A DNA stretch of 53,560 nt, the filler included, from Squatina squatina (lineage: Eukaryota): assembly GCA_031763465.1 (NCBI GenBank). It is 3 parts of 3 records of this genome, joined end to end, with 100 filler letters (N's around TTAATTAATTAA, not from the genome) between each part and the next. Parts side by side here need not be neighbours in the genome. Positions count along the whole stretch, not along the records: positions 1 to 18,611 come from JARFOE010000046.1; 2 more parts are not named here. The stretch is one strand, 5' to 3'. The translations under genes were made by a program, and so were the position numbers. This document shows positions 1-12,861 of this stretch, in pieces. The notes under the pieces are model-generated. The model had not been told where the DNA came from and did not search any database. It saw only the letters and a list, made by a program, of their open reading frames with translations. Numbering within the stretch: position 1 is the stretch's first letter; every line of letters begins with the position of its first letter.

Positions 1-378
1 GAAAGATGTGTTTGGTGGTGGGATCGTGCTGGAGGTGGCGAGAATGGCGGAGGATGATCCGTTGAATGTGGAGGCTGGTGAGGTGAAAGGTGAGGACAAG
101 GGGAACCCTATCATGGTTCTGGGAGGGAGGAGAAGGGGAGAGAGCAGAAAAGTGGGAAATAGAACCGACACGGTCGAGGGTCATGTCAACCATGGTAGAG
201 GGAAATCTTCGTTGAGGAAAAAGGAAGACATGTCAGAAGCACTGGTTTGGAAGGTGGCGTCGTCAGGACAGATGCGACGGAGATAGAGGAACTGGACAAA
301 TGGAATGGAGCCTTTACAGGAAGCGGGTTGGTAGGAATTGTAGTCCAGGTAGCTGTGGGAATGAGTGGGCTTAAAGTA
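1..378 (-). mobile_element. Penelope-like retroelement fragment (RT C-terminal/linker region), degenerate
   Basis: Minus strand reads YFKPTHSHSYLDY..CKGSIPFVQFLYLRRIC..MSSFFLN and, in another frame, DRVPLVLTFHLTSLHIQRIILRHSRHLQHDPTTKHIF, typical of vertebrate Penelope-like elements. Confidence 0.8.
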
Positions 379-1725
379 GATGTTTGTCAGTTGGGTGACA
401 AACCATCTCTTTGGGAGTTGGGTGTTTTGCATCAAACTCTGTCACAGGCATTTCTCAATGTAAATATTGATACAACAACTTTTTATTTTTCCATTAATTT
501 CTCACTATCAAAATTCTCTGTGGTTCTGCTCGGGCGGTATTCAATGTGTTTCAGGTAGGTTGCATTGAGTTCAACCTCAAAATCTGGGATGCTTCGCTGA
601 TCCTAATTCACTGGGCTGGTTACACCTTTCGCAAATCTCTCTGACCACAGTGCAGAATTAGAAAGCATTGCCTCGAGCTACTGCCTTCCTTCTTTTGGTT
701 TTGCCTTATCCATTTATTATACGTATTTTCAAGTACTAAAATGTTTTCAAATTCAGAGCTCATATTATGGTTCATTAACTTCTGTCAGTTTTTGATATGT
801 TTAATTTATGACACACCTACTGCTGTAGGACACAGACTTAGTCATAACCTATTCATGAAAATGAGCTAAATCCTTTTGTTCCAGGCTGCTGCAGCAAGTG
901 AAGCAGGGACTCTCACCAATTAATCATTCACTGCAGCAAAGCATACGCTACTTGGCTGTACAGGGGAGAGCGATGGGGTGGGAGTGATGGAGGGGGTTTT
1001 GTAAACAGAAGAGACAGTGACAGGATAAGGTGCTGCTACCGCAAAATAGATTTCCGTAAACCTCTTGCCAAGTTCCACGATAAATGATTTCAAAATAAAA
1101 CTTCACTGTTGTGTATATTGGCCAGTGTGGAGCCCATTCTCCTCGCAGAAATTGTTTTATCTGCAACCTTCGGAAGCCTTCACCCTGTTGCATCAAAATT
1201 TGGNNNNNNNNNNNNNNNNNNNNNNNNNNNNNNNNNNNNNNNNNNNNNNNNNNNNNNNNNNNNNNNNNNNNNNNNNNNNNNGGCATCTTTTTGTTCTGCC
1301 GGCTTGTTGAAGGTTGGCAGTGTATTTAATGTGAAAAATAGTTTCCTTAGTGTGGGGAAGTTTTTAAGCCAGTAAGCACATTTTCCAATTCAGTTCTTCC
1401 GAAAAGGTGATTGTTTCATAAATCAGTTGCTTTATGTGCTTATTGCATATTACTGGAAACCTTTCCTCAGTTTTTTTCCTGCAATCTTTCCTCAGTGCAA
1501 TTCCAACAGGCTTTATTTAATAAGAAAGAAAAGGTTTTTATCATATATTGGCAAAAGGGCAAGTTTCAAATCAGGATGTAATATATGATTGATACCTAGT
1601 AAGCACATAGCCAATAATCCACCATGCTCTGATGGACCAATCACAAAAAAGAGCATATAATGCTCAACATTTTTAAGAACACTTCATGCATATGTGATGT
1701 AATTACAGACTGATTTTCCTTCCAG

Positions 1726-1804
1726 AGCCAGTTCTGTTACTTGGAATCCACACAAGATGATGGGAGTTTTGTTGCAGTGTTCAGCTATTCTTGTCCGAGA
1801 AAAG
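1726..1804 (+). CDS. GAD1: Internal exon of glutamate decarboxylase (GAD1/GAD67-like) containing the PLP-binding lysine
   Basis: Acceptor ttttccttccag, donor AAG|gtatct. The 79-nt exon reads (R)[26 protein letters not shown], against recalled human GAD1 [27 protein letters not shown]; GAD2 has GVPLQCSALL. Paralog assignment (GAD1 vs gad3) is less certain than the family. Confidence 0.85.
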
Positions 1805-3302
1805 GTATCTATTTGAATTAAAATACATGAACTTGTTTTTGCTAGTTTCTCTGGTTACAGAGTTAAAATAGAGTTAAAGTAAGAATAATTCAGCTTTTAT
1901 TATAAGACAATTCTAAACATGCAAACAGTTCTAAAAACAAACATAATTAACTATAATGACAAATGGTATGAATTACAGAAGTTCTGCCACGTTTTTGTTT
2001 TGCTAAAACTTTTTTTGTGCCTTCATTCCAAAAGTAACATAATCNNNNNNNNNNNNNNNNNNNNNNNNNNNNNNNNNNNNNNNNNNNNNNNNNNNNNNNN
2101 NNNNNNNNNNNNNNNNNNNNNNNNNNNNNNNNNNNNNNNNNNNNCAGGGCTTCAGTGAAAGAGTTGATCAACTGTGGTGATGATTTGGTGTTGATTGATG
2201 GGCAGGTAATGGTTTCTGCCCAAATCCCCAACTGTTCACCTGATTCTTACATGGAAAAGTAGACACAACCAGCACTGAAGAACTGGCTGTGCTACTCCCA
2301 ATCAGCAAAATTCCAATTAACCTGCTTCATATCTTCAATATGTCAATACCATTGCAAGGATAAAGACGCACATAAAAACACAACTTAGAGCTCAAGGGTG
2401 ATGAACTGAATAATAAGCAAAATTATTCTGCAGCTATTTGTTCTGCATGAATAGGCCTTTGAGGCCTGGGAAGCTTGGAGCAGAATGGGTTATTTGGGTA
2501 AATGTCATTGCCTTTCCATCCATGTTTATGAATTTATATTAACAACATAAAGATAAAGAATAGTTCAATGAATATTTATTTAATAGCACCAATGCTTCAG
2601 TCGGCCCAAGGGTTGAGGAAAAATTTGTATTATTTGTATTATTTACAAAAACAATACCACAGGCAGCTGGGCAACAGGCAGTCAGTTGACGAACTGTTTT
2701 CAGAAGTATAGATTCTTCCCTCAGAGAATAGAATAACCAACAGCTCATGAAGGTGAAAATATCCATTCTGCAGTTCGTCGCAGTTAGCTCCCAGGAATAC
2801 AAATGTTATTAGGATACTCTAAGGACTTCACAAATCTCAATGTGTCTGCACTATAAATAATGATCAGCACAGAAGAAAGCATCAATGTAAATGTTAATTC
2901 AAACATATACTGCTTTGGGTACCATTATGCATCACCATTATTATTTTTTTAAATTGCTTTTCAGATACTGACGTCCTGCTTTACCTTTTATAATTCCACA
3001 ATATTACATTATTTAAGTAAAAAGATGTGAAGAGATGAGTCATTTTTAAAACTGCAGTTAGTCCAGAATTTTCTGTAACTGGGTGGGTCGATGAAGGCAG
3101 TTGCTGTGGCACATTGCAACCCCGTTCTTCTTTTCATCCCGCTCCTGAGATCGGCTTTCCCTTAAGGCAGGCCTGTGTGTCACCCAGCCCTATTAGATGG
3201 TGTGGGTCAGATGACATAATTGATGACACATTTTCAGCCAGGATAGTTAAAGGAGCCATTGCCACATTGAATTCGAGGTTCATCCAGGATTTTACTTCTT
3301 CC

Positions 3303-3531
3303 ACTTATTAAAAAAGGAGGGACAGAGAAAATGGGGAATTACAGACCAGTTAGCCTGACATCGGTAGTGGGGAAGATGATGGAGTCAGTTATTAAAGATG
3401 TAATAGCAGCGCATTTGGAAAGCAGTGCCATGATCGGTCAAAGTCAGCATGGAGTTATGAAAGGGAAATCATGCTTGACAAATCTTCTAGAATTTTTTGA
3501 GGATGTAACTAGTAGAGTGGATAGGGGGGAA
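3303..3531 (+). mobile_element. CR1 LINE ORF2 (reverse transcriptase) fragment
   Basis: GNYRPVSLTSVVGKMMES..SQHG.MKGKSCLTNLLEFFEDVT, canonical CR1 RT start; runs into a gap. Confidence 0.9.
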
Positions 3532-3649
3532 NNNNNNNNNNNNNNNNNNNNNNNNNNNNNNNNNNNNNNNNNNNNNNNNNNNNNNNNNNNNNNNNNNNNN
3601 NNNNNNNNNNNNNNNNNNNNNNNNNNNNNNNAAAATAATTTTACACATT

Positions 3650-4000
3650 TTAATCCAAGCCAAAATTTGTATAACTAATTTTAAATATTTGTGCATGATT
3701 TTTATTTTTACATTTTTAATTGAAGATTTATATTGACCCTTACGCTGCTGAAAGCAGGCCCTACGCCTGCTTTTATCAGGCATAAGAGTTTAGTGGGCAA
3801 ATAGCCCAACTCTGCACCAGGGAAAATGATTTTTGGGTCGGTGCGGATGATTTGTCAAGGCGAACCTTGACAGATCGCAAGTTCCGGGTTTTCGCGCTTG
3901 CACAGTGCACACGGAAACCTAAACTTTACAGGGCCTTTCCGATGGCTTACGACAGCGTATGCTGTGTGTCCGTCATCATCAAGAGAACAAAATCCAGGCC
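3650..4000. mobile_element. Partial non-autonomous DNA element (Harbinger-type family also at 11171, 22330, 43855)
   Basis: Shares motifs (ataagagttt, gacagatcgcaagttccggg, end ...aaatccaggcc) with the other copies. Confidence 0.5.
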
Positions 4001-5052
4001 AATGTTCCAATTAATTTGCACGTCTTAAGTTGCTGATACTAGTTGATTTTGGTGCTCTGATTTTGGATTTATCAACCAACAAGGCAAATTTCCAGGTGCA
4101 CAGAATTCCAAGAACAGGAAATAAGAAATGTAAGCCCAAATTGAACTCAGTTGGCTTGGCATCAAGTGCAAGATTGTCAGGGGTCACAGTTTAGACCCCA
4201 CTGCACCAGGTAGACCATACATATGTGCAAAATTCCTGTGTATTGTAAATGATTGCCATAAGGATAATCTAAGGAAGAACTAGAAATTGGAACAAGCTTA
4301 TAACTGACCTCAGCTGCACATTCTTGAAGGAACTGTTAGAACACATCCCATTCTGTCCTCCTTAACCTCTAAATATTTACTGTGCTCTCCCAGATTTCCC
4401 TGGATATCTGACGCTTCCCTGCATTATTATATGCCTGCCTTTGCAGATTCTTATTATCCATGAGTGTCTTCTCCCACTAGACTCTCAGTAGCAGAATGTC
4501 TCATTTCCATGGCAACAAAATTAGCCTTTTAACCACTTGTAACATTGGAAGATAACATGCTTTCACTGTTTCTGATTGCCGGTGGATAGGATTCCAAGTT
4601 TATGCATCGGTGGATTAAGAACAATAATTTCCATTTATATCAGAAAGGACCTTGTCTCAATACTCCTACCCTGCCCAGAAAGAATTTAATTCTCCCCAAC
4701 AAATCAGCTTTAGGGCCTAATTTTAACAACTTACTGAGCATCAGATACACCCTATAGGATCTTAATCAGAATGAACCACAACTTTTAAGAGTGTGCCCCT
4801 ATATCTGCTTCCATTTTTTTAAATCCCAATTTAAAATATTATTGTAGATTCAATAATTGAAATCTGTCTTGAGAAAAATAAGTGCAGATTGAACTACCTC
4901 ACTTAATCTGAAGTTATGTGGCACTGACAATACTTCAGCGTTAGAAAAAGCACAGTGACCATAAGGCTATTTCGTTGTATAGTACGGAAAATATTTAACA
5001 GCATAAATCGTGAAGAGACCAGTTGTATCACAAACTGTTGTAAAACAGGACT

Positions 5053-5236
5053 CAAGATTTAATAGAGGTGTTCAAAATTATGAGGGGTTTTAGTAATAAA
5101 ACAATAGGGAGCAACTTTCCACTGGCAGGTCAGTCAATAACCAGAGGACACAGATTTAAGATCATTGACAAAAGAACAAGTATGAGATTTTTTTTAACGC
5201 AGTGAATTGTTACGATCTGGAACGCACTGCCTGAAA
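5053..5236 (+). mobile_element. CR1 LINE 3' fragment
   Basis: atagaggtgttcaaaattatgagggg...accagaggacacagatttaag...atctggaacgcactgcctgaaa; same motifs at 9560 and 33150. Confidence 0.8.
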
Positions 5237-5335
5237 NNNNNNNNNNNNNNNNNNNNNNNNNNNNNNNNNNNNNNNNNNNNNNNNNNNNNNNNNNNNNNNN
5301 NNNNNNNNNNNNNNNNNNNNNNNNNNNNNNNNNNN

Positions 5336-5712
5336 NTGCACCGTGGCTGCAGTGTGTACCATCTACAAGATGCACTGCAGCAACTCGCCAAAACTTCTTC
5401 GATAGCACCTCACAAACCCGTAACCTCTACCACCTGGAAGGACAAGAGCAACAGGCACATGGGAACACCAACACCTCCAAGTTCCATTCCAAGTCACACA
5501 TCATCATGACTTGGAAATATATCGCCATTCCTTCATGGTCGCTGGGTCAAAATGCTGAAACTCCCTACCTAACAGCACTGTGGGAGCACCTTCACCACAA
5601 GGACTGCATGTTTAAGAAGGTGGCTCACCATCACCTTCTCAAGGGCAATTAGGAATGGGCAATAAATGCTGGTCTTGCCAGTGTTGCTTACATCCCAAAA
5701 ATGAATGAAAAA
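5336..5712 (+). mobile_element. Non-LTR retrotransposon 3' end (…RSF.VAGSK.WNSLP; tail gggcaataaatgctgg)
   Basis: VAAVCTIYKMHCSNSP.LLR.HL reading and a characteristic tail; related copies at 23150-23455 (-) and ~28700-28810 (+). Confidence 0.7.
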
Positions 5713-7050
5713 CATTGATAGTAGGACCAGGGATCAGAGGATAAAATTAATGAGAGGCTAGTTAAAAACTGAAGTTGGAAAGAATTTCTTCCCAGGAACA
5801 GGAATTAGCCTCTGGAATGGTTTTCTCGGAACTGTATTAGAAGCAAAAAAGCTTAGGATTGTTCAAAATCCAGATGGATGATGAGGTGGGGGTTCCTGTA
5901 TTTTTTTTTGTGTGAATGATCGAAGAGAAGCCAAATGCTTTCCCTCATCTGTGGTCTTGTGAATCTAAGAGCTTAAACCATGTGTAAAAATAAAAAGGAA
6001 TATCAATATTAACAGGCACTGCTTCACTAGGTAGGGAGAATGAGCAAGGTGGGCACATTATGAATGAAGAAGATGATGATGTGACAGGTTTGAAATTGTA
6101 GTCATCTCAGACTAGTGGCAAGAAAGATTTGGCTAGTTTCTCCATGTTATCTGAGTAAGTTGACAAATTGCAGAGGTCAGGATACAGCCAAATAAGAACA
6201 ACATCAGAGAGAGTGAGGAAAGACAATGGAAACCCAACTGCTGGGACTGACAGTGCTGATATGAAGAAGTTTCACAATTCTACCTTGTTAATCTTTCAAA
6301 CGGTTTGACCTTCATAGCTGAAGTAAAATGTATTTACAACTAACATAAACTGCAGCCTTGTGCAGTCATAGCAATTTACAGAAAAGCAATTACATCTCCT
6401 GCACTAACTCTTCACTGCCATTTTGGCCAGCGATGACAGATTCAATTTCAATCATTCTTGTGTTGTGTTTATCACACTCGATTATTTTCACATGTGGAAT
6501 AAAACTAATTCCGTGCCAATTATTCATGGTGAACACTATCTCATGGACTTAGCAACACAACAGACATTGGTATAAGAAAACATTTGTCATTTATTAATGN
6601 NNNNNNNNNNNNNNNNNNNNNNNNNNNNNNNNNNNNNNNNNNNNNNNNNNNNNNNNNNNNNNNNNNNNNNNNNNNNNNNNNNNNNNNNNNNNNNNNNNNN
6701 NNNNNNNNNNNNNNNNNNNNNNNNNNNNNNNNNNNNNNNNNNNNNNNNNNNNNNNNNNNNNNNNNNNNNNNNNNNNNNNNNNNNNNNNNNNNNNNNNNNN
6801 NNNNNNNNNNNNNNNNNNNNNNNNNNNNNNNNNNNNNNNNNNNNNNNNNNNNNNNNNNNNNNNNNNNNNNNNNNNNNNNNNNNNNNNNNNNNNNNNNNNN
6901 NNNNNNNNNNNNNNNNNNNNNNNNNNNNNNNNNNNNNNNNNNNNNNNNNNNNNNNNNNNNNNNNNNNNNNNNNNNNNNNNNNNNNNNNNNNNNNNNNNNN
7001 NNNNNNNNNNNNNNNNNNNNNNNNNNNNNNNNNNNNNNNNNNNNNNNNNN

Positions 7051-7135
7051 AGCCATGATCCAATTGAATGGCGGAGCGGGCTCGATGGGCTGAATGGCCT
7101 ACTCCTGCTCCTACTTCTTATGGTCTTGCGGTCTA
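7051..7135 (+). mobile_element. CR1-type LINE/SINE 3' tail
   Basis: agccatgatc..tgaatggcggagc.ggctcga.gggctgaatggcctactcctgctcct, repeated at 9945-10030, 51595-51690 (-) and 53483-53560 (-). Confidence 0.8.
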
Positions 7136-7602
7136 TGACTGTGATGAGGTCTGAAACTAAGTGGTTCCAGGGTCCAAATTTTTCATAATTCATATACATC
7201 TTTATTCAAGGTTAAATTTAGCATGGGCTTTCTGTAAGTCTGTACTTTAGATAATTAAATCAACATTTGCCTGGCATTCTCAAGCAAAGATAGTTTGAAT
7301 TTGAAATTGGATCTCTGAAGTCCTTCAGCCAGGCTACTGTTTGAAGCCAGGGCATTAGTTAAACAGACGGTGATGTCGATGTCACAGTGAAACTCTTCAA
7401 AATTCCCCTTTCCTTTCAGGATCAACTGTTTTATATTCTGCTATTATTTCCATTGGTCAGAAAAAAACTGGGATTCCAATCCATTATCGTTGTGGAATAG
7501 AAGAAGGATAGGAGCATTTTAAAGAATGATGACTATGCCTCATTTTTTGTGCACCTGATATTTTAATCTTATTCTATCTCTCCCCTTTTTCTGGTCAATT
7601 AG

Positions 7603-7828
7603 AAGCACCAATTGTGGCTGGTGAAGATGGTAAACAACCTTCTCCCAGATTCCCAGGAGATCTGGGAGAGAACCCTCGCAATAAATTGGATTCTAATTCC
7701 CCTCCACCTCCTTCCCTGGCAGGGACATACTTGGACACACTTAAGCGCATCCTTGACACAATGTGGCCAAGATCAGCAAATCAGTGCAGTGCTGAATCAA
7801 AGCTCAGTTGTCCGCCCCACTCAGTCAG
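7603..7828 (+). CDS. Candidate coding exon of unknown gene
   Basis: Long polypyrimidine tract plus ag at 7601-7602; open frame APIVAGEDGKQPSPRFPGDLGENPRNKLDSNSPPPPSLAGTYLDTLKRILDTMWPRS...; weak donor ag|gtatca. Not recognised. Confidence 0.25.
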
Positions 7829-9744
7829 GTATCAAATTTGTGCTGAAATGCCCCTGAGCACTTCATCTCTCCAACATAACCTATTCTGTTCTGAAGAGCC
7901 ATCATGGAAAAGCAATATACCTTAGACACGTCTTATCTCATAAATTATTTAGGCAGAGCCCAAGATTGTCAGCTGTGTCATGCAGTTCTTAATTCCAATG
8001 GTGAACTCATCCAGCATTATGCTTTTACTGAGCTTAAAGATTTTAGGCTTCAAGGAATTGTCTATAGTCTATCTGTTGTCTGAAATTAATCTCATTCCTT
8101 ATTGATGAGTCAATCAGGGTAAAAGTCATTGTCAAGTGTTGTCCTTCACTATGTTTGCAAATAGAAGTGAAAGCTTTGATTCCTTTGTGTTTCGCAGAAT
8201 GGAATGCCCCATTTCTGTCTCAGCACTTGCGTTATAGACATTTTGGCGCCACGTCCACTGTGGGACTGAATGCGATTGACAGTAGATCTGGTTCAATGGT
8301 TGATAACTTGACAGGATCGCACAGGAAGCAGTTCTGTNNNNNNNNNNNNNNNNNNNNNNNNNNNNNNNNNNNNNNNNNNNNNNNNNNNNNNNNNNNNNNN
8401 NNNNNNNNNNNNNNNNNNNNNNNNNNNNNNNNNNNNNAGGTTGGCCAGACAGTCGTCCAGGTGACGAACAGGACGCTAACCAATTATGCTGTGTTAAAAT
8501 ATTATTTGGCTTTTTGTTCAATAATGTGATCATGGGGTTGGTCCCTGGGTTAGTAAAATGGCTACCTGGTCAGAAGCTAAACAGAACTATATGGAATGGG
8601 TTCCTAACCTCTTCAGTGGTTCAATTAATTCCTACTTGTTACTTAATGTAAAAGGCTGTTTGGGTTAAATTCTAACGGTAAAGGTATTAATGAACACTGC
8701 AAATATATTAAACAGTTTGTTGTTTAATAATCAGTAAACTGAAATGTAATCTTGGGTTCCACGAGCCTGCAGCAACTAATGTATGAATGGATTTATTTAA
8801 ATCTCTAACTACTGATTTGAAGATTTCATATTTTGTTAAGTGTTTTTATAACTAATCTTTTCTGTCTTGTATTCTAATGTCAGCTTTAGTGTTTCAGATC
8901 CTTTCTATTTTCTTCAAATTTGTTTATATTTATATTCTTTTGTTCTCCACCCTTTGACAGTGAAGGTGCGTAGTTCAATTCCAGTGGGATATTGAGATTA
9001 ATGGTGGCTTAACTGTTCGTGCTGAGGATTTTCGATGCACAAGCTGTCACGATGCTGTGTGTGCATGTCGGTGCTCCACAGTGAGACTCGCGGCAGCAGT
9101 TAGCGCTTAGACAAGCAGCATTAATCTTCAAAATGATTCATTTGTTCATAAAACCGAGAGGAATAAACATGTTATTCAACTCTCGGCCGTAGAAATAATG
9201 GATTTTGGTCTGTCTGAAGAGAAGATTATCGTGTCTTGCAGAAATTATTCAATTACCAGGCTGTGAATCTTAAAGGGGTAATTTATTAATTTGCTTCCCC
9301 AACAAACAGCTCCCCTTGCCTGCTGGGAGTGCAGGTTGGTCATGCCTGATGTGCACTCCTGGCCAGCAGGCCATCCTGCTAATTGTTAAAATTCCTGCTT
9401 AAAACCATTGTCATGTTTAGGGATTTCTGATTGTGTCACCATGGGGACCATGGTTTGCATACACATTGAAAATGGTACTATTGACTTAAAAGTAACCCTC
9501 AAGGGATTTAAATTCACAGGCTGGCAGGGATGGGAGATGTTGATTAAGGGGTTGTGGACAGAGTCAGTAGAGAGAAACTGTTCCCATTGGCGGAAGGGTC
9601 GAGAACCAGAGGACACAGATTTAAGGTGATTGGCAAAAGAACCANNNNNNNNNNNNNNNNNNNNNNNNNNNNNNNNNNNNNNNNNNNNNNNNNNNNNNNN
9701 NNNNNNNNNNNNNNNNNNNNNNNNNNNNNNNNNNNNNNNNNNNN

Positions 9745-9865
9745 GTATCACCTGCCCCACCTGCGGCTGTGTCTGCGGTTCCCGCATTGGACTATTTAGC
9801 CACCTCAGAACCCACAACTCCAGGGTGGAAGCGAGTCATCCTCGAACCCGAGGGACTGCCTAAGA
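9745..9865 (+). mobile_element. RTE (BovB-like) LINE 3' end with C-terminal zinc finger
   Basis: ITCPTCGCVCGSRIGLFSHLRTH followed by an agtcatcctcgaacccgagggactgcct tail. Confidence 0.75.
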
Positions 9866-9869
9866 GAGA

Positions 9870-10032
9870 GAGCGAGATAGATTTCTAGATACTAAAGGCA
9901 TCAAGAAATATGGGGAGAAAGCGGGAATATTGAGATAGAGGATCACCATGATCATATTGAATGGCGGAGCAGGCTCAAAGGGCTGAATGGCCTCCTCCTG
10001 CTTATATTTTCGATGTTTCTATGCTTCTATAG
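9870..10032 (+). mobile_element. CR1 LINE 3' end with (atgtttct)-like tail
   Basis: gatagatttctagatactaaaggcatcaag...tatggggagaaagcggg...gatgtttctatgcttctat. Confidence 0.8.
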
Positions 10033-10260
10033 TGCTCGTTACAAGGCAAAGGAGATGTGAGTGCTTTACAAGGCAGTAGCGAATGAGTGGAAAGTAAGCA
10101 GCAAGGGGAAAAAAAGGGAAGAGGGTTGGGAGGGGAGGGTGGGGCTGGGGTGGAGGAGAAGTGTTCAAGTGTCAAAGAGGATGGTTTTAAGGAGTTTTTT
10201 GAAGACCGGGAGGTTACGTGGCAGAGATGCTGAGGGTGAGAGCACCTGATGGCTACAGCA

Positions 10261-10446
10261 TAGGTTGACCAGACGATCTGGTTTTGCCGGGTCAGTCCCG
10301 GTTTTTCAGCAAACATCCCAGTGTTCTGACAATTACCTGAAAGTCGCTGAAATGTCCCGGTTTCTAGCATGAGAGAGACGGAGCCCTGACTGCGTATGCA
10401 CAGACTGATGGTCCTGGTTTGGAAATCTTAAGATCTGGTCACCCTA
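10261..10446. mobile_element. hAT-type MITE (TIR TAGGGTGACCAG)
   Basis: taggttgaccaga ... tctggtcacccta; flanking 8-bp TSD ctacagca/ctccagca (7/8). Confidence 0.8.
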
Positions 10447-11170
10447 CTCCAGCACGATGGCTGAAGGAGGGGAGAAGATTGAGAAAGAAAATAGAACAAA
10501 ATAATTAAACAGGGAGTAATCAACATCAAAGGTGCAACATGCTTGTAACTTGCTGTGCAAATTTAGTCTTCCCAAAGGTGTGCCAACAGTTGGATGAAGG
10601 AATGGAATCATTGTGTTCTCTTGTACATGTTAAATATTTGAAATTCTGGGTGAGAATATTTTGGGAATAAAAGTTATGTGGCATTTCATATTCTAACGTG
10701 TCGCTTTATCTAGCTCAGGCACCATCATTTCCTGTCAATGTTCTGATTTCTTTGGATCTGTTCATACCTCCAGGGAGATGAGATAAAAGAGCAAGAATCA
10801 TTTACTGCTTCAGAAACCTGTCACACCCAGCATTCATTGTGTTCTAAGCAGCCTGGATAAGCAGTATCAGCATTTTAATGTCTGTTGGCTACTAGCTAGG
10901 GAGTCTGAATTTGTCTTGTAAAAATCTAGGAAAGGTTGTCTCCTGTCTCTTTACCATTGAAATTTGTCTGCTGATGTATCATCCATTCTAAACGGCAATA
11001 CACGGAGCACTGTCTCCCCCACATGGTAATAACTACTGAGAGCTATGAATTCATTATTGCAGCTGAAGTTATCTTACTTCAGGTGGAAAGTCACTCTGAA
11101 TGGATAAGGGGAGCAGGAAGTTAAGACTGAACAATACTCAGTGGGGGTAATGCATTATCAAACGCTACAG

Positions 11171-11920
11171 GGGCCTGAAATCGCCATCTCCCCGGGTGGG
11201 ATCGATGTTCCCACGTACCCAGGGAAACCTCGCAAGTGCCGAATCTGTGGCTGTTCTGCGCATGCCCGCAGATCCGGCACTTGCGATCTGTCAAGATTTT
11301 TCTCGACAGGTCCAACGTTTAGGCTGGAAAGGAGATATTCAGCGCTGAGCTTTGCGAGATTTTCTCCACTCTTGCACTGGAAATCTCTGTAGCTTTTTTA
11401 CGCATGGTAAAACCAAGCGTATGTGTTTGGTTTTACCAGCGTAAGAGTTTTTTAAAAATGTTAAAATCAAAAAAAATTAATTGTACATTACTTTAAAACC
11501 ATTCCCATTAATTTCAGTATGTTTTTAAACATTTTAAAAGTTTTTTGTAAATTTCAAAATTTTTCTTTGCATTATTTCTCACTTTTATGAAATGTTAATG
11601 TTACAATCATTTTTAAAATGTTTTTTTTTGATGTGCTGGGTAGTTTTGAATCTCTCATTCAAGCTTTGACAGGTCTGTCAGATCTGTCAAAGCTTGAATC
11701 AGAGATACTCCTACCTGATTGGTTAGGGCCTCCCATGTGACCTCCCCAGTCTCTCCGAATGACTTAGAGATGACAGAGCAGAGCCCCGCTGTGCATGCCC
11801 AACTGTGGGGGCAGAAGACAGGAAGTTTACGTGGATCCCGGACTGTCAGGTAAGTTCATAGAGATTTTTGCGATCGGATGCCACCGCACACAGGAAGCCT
11901 CCAATCGCAATTTCAGGGCC
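11171..11920. mobile_element. Non-autonomous DNA transposon (Harbinger-type TIR gggcctgaaat.gc)
   Basis: Starts gggcctgaaatcgcc, ends cgcaatttcagggcc; contains an internal 27-bp-arm palindrome; partial copies elsewhere. Confidence 0.65.
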
Positions 11921-12189
11921 ATTAGCTTTATATACAATAGAGTTTCAGACCCTGATATTAAGGATAATTTTATTTAACGTACACCCGATGGGGTGGCCGC
12001 AGGAGCAGGTTACAATGCCATCAGGGCCCGTGTACACCATGGGACCCCAATCTGTATTTATTAATGAGGCTCGGGCTCCAGTGGAGCACTTAACCAGCAG
12101 AGCTAAAATCACAGATTGGTGTGATTGGAGCGGGAAATTAAGCCACTCATTTTAACTGGTTCCTTGCTCCTTTTCCGCTGATTGAGAAG

Positions 12190-12861
12190 AGCTAAAATCA
12201 ATGTATGCTTCTCCAACGAAACAGTGAAAGACCTGTGTCACCTGCTACAGGATGACTTGCAGCCAACCTCCAGTACAAGCACGGCACTGCCTGTTGCAGT
12301 GGAGGTTACTGCAGCCCTGAATATTTTTTGCATGTGACGACATCCAGGCTGTCACGGAGGCATCGGTAATATTAACCAGTCCACACGAGCATCAAGCAGG
12401 TGACTGATGCCTCCTTTTCAAAAGCTAACACCTACATCACTTTCCCATGGACATCCAAAAAGAACAGGAGACGGCCCTGGGATTTTGCAGTTTGCAGGAT
12501 TCTCCAAAATCCAGAGTGAGCCAGACTGTGTACATGTTGCCCTGAACACAACCTTCATGGATCACAAGGAATTCCACTCCATCGATGTCTGCAACCATCT
12601 GCATATGGCCGTGCCGGTCACTGACCACGTTTGAGGCAGCTGCCATACTGCTTTTATCGAAATGTCAGTCATCCAATCCCCCATTGATTGACATTGGACA
12701 AGAAATGCAAAGTTTTTCCTTTAGAGGTCAGGCTAATCACTGCAGGGCTGGCTTACAACATCTGCGTACCATCCACACACAGCTGCTGAACAGAGGATCA
12801 GCGAGGTCCATGCTTTTATGAAAGCCGCTATTGAGTGCGTGGTAGGAATCTTAAAACAGTG
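12190..12861 (+). mobile_element. Degenerate Harbinger (HARBI1-like) transposase fragment
   Basis: Frameshifted readings LCHLLQDDLQP..ALPVAVEVTAALN, FAGFSKIQSEPDCVHVAL (cf. IAGFPxVxGAIDCTHV) and AIECVVGILKQ. Confidence 0.75.

Noticed and set aside
885-960. Acceptor followed by GCTGCT as the preceding GAD exon
   Set aside because: Does not continue as WGGG; no convincing donor.
6541-7199. Long ORFs across N runs (also at other gaps)
   Set aside because: Open only because Ns contain no stop codons.
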